A stretch of DNA of 54,970 bases from Candidatus Doudnabacteria bacterium (GTDB lineage: Bacteria; Patescibacteriota; Doudnabacteria; UBA920; VMFF01). The notes beneath the pieces are model-generated. The model saw only the letters and a list, made by a program, of their open reading frames with translations, had not been told where the DNA came from and ran no database searches. The stretch spans positions 1-54,970 of the forward strand of contig JAQBQP010000002.1 in assembly GCA_028286905.1 (NCBI GenBank). Direction: 5' to 3'. The translations under genes and the position numbers were made by a program. Within the stretch, counting starts at the first letter, position 1, and each line of letters starts with the position of its first letter. Positions 53,416 through 54,970 of this stretch are shown here, in pieces.

Positions 53416-53439
53416 AAACGCCGCGTAAGCGGTTTTTTT
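53416..53439 (+). terminator. GUAA-loop terminator (CCGC GTAA GCGG + TTTTTTT)
   Basis: Same style as the GAAA-loop family. Confidence 0.6.
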
Positions 53440-53480
53440 GTTGCCAAGCGAGCAAAAGTTATCCCAAGTTAATCCCCAGT

Positions 53481-53516
53481 AAGGTCAGACCTTGGGGCGC
53501 ATAAAGGTCAGACCTT
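53481..53516. promoter_or_regulatory. Two copies of the 13-bp palindrome AAGGTCAGACCTT, 23 bp centre to centre
   Basis: Located at 53481-53493 and 53504-53516, upstream of the 23S rRNA. Confidence 0.35.
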
Positions 53517-53828
53517 TAGCTAAAAAATTTAAATCGAAATTGTGAACACATATTTACTGCCCAGGTCAGTTATACTTCGGGCCGGTAGAGGGCAGTAGTT
53601 ATGTGATCGTAATTCGCGAAACAGAGAATACGTCAGGTTCCTTCCCAACTGAATAGTGGTATCCGTAAATTTTCAATGATTAGCCGAAAATTTATGGAGT
53701 TGTAAATTCAATCAATTATAAGAGAGTAACTGAACAAAGTCCAAAGAAGTATCAAAGTAATTCCGCTGATTCAATAGCAGCGAGAATTGCAATCACAAAT
53801 TACTAGTTAATTACTAGAACTTGAAACA

Positions 53829-54970
<1,142 letters not shown>

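Overview
This is an AT-rich bacterial fragment. Small genes that mostly lack Shine-Dalgarno (SD) sequences, a secretin-less type IV pilus locus, and a 23S rRNA with insertions and no adjacent 16S/tRNA spacer suggest a Patescibacteria/CPR-like organism; that is inference only. The window has three parts. (1) Bases 1-16 kb are a mosaic: ordinary AT-rich genes (ankyrin protein, methyltransferase, VOC enzyme, MarR, galE, uppP) alternate with five compact GC-rich islands at about 1999-3404, 6100-7455, 9565-10322, 11410-13059 and 14691-15913. Each island is a self-contained plus-strand transcription unit: a near-consensus sigma70 promoter, one to three orphan ORFs with strong SD sites, an intrinsic terminator, and in four of the five a separately promoted and terminated 240-470 nt GC-rich non-coding RNA. 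One of these RNAs carries a 73-nt tRNA-like module. The islands and some host genes are bounded by a small set of recurring hairpin/promoter modules, including decayed copies. This cassette family is my main candidate for an undescribed system. (2) Bases 16-36 kb hold envelope and housekeeping genes (LCP, GtrA, ZIP, PAP2, CAP, EAL, AI-2E, GH18-like, malic enzyme, ABC ATPase with a decayed permease, and paralogous surface proteins). (3) Bases 36-50 kb hold a complete type IV pilus cluster, followed by a LysM gene, ligA, a KTSC gene and the 5' 1.1 kb of a 23S rRNA. tRNA-Ile(GAU) and tRNA-Ala(UGC) lie 18 kb from the 23S on the other strand, with an ORF between them. All calls rest on motif reading by eye. 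No homology search, covariance model or exact GC calculation was possible.
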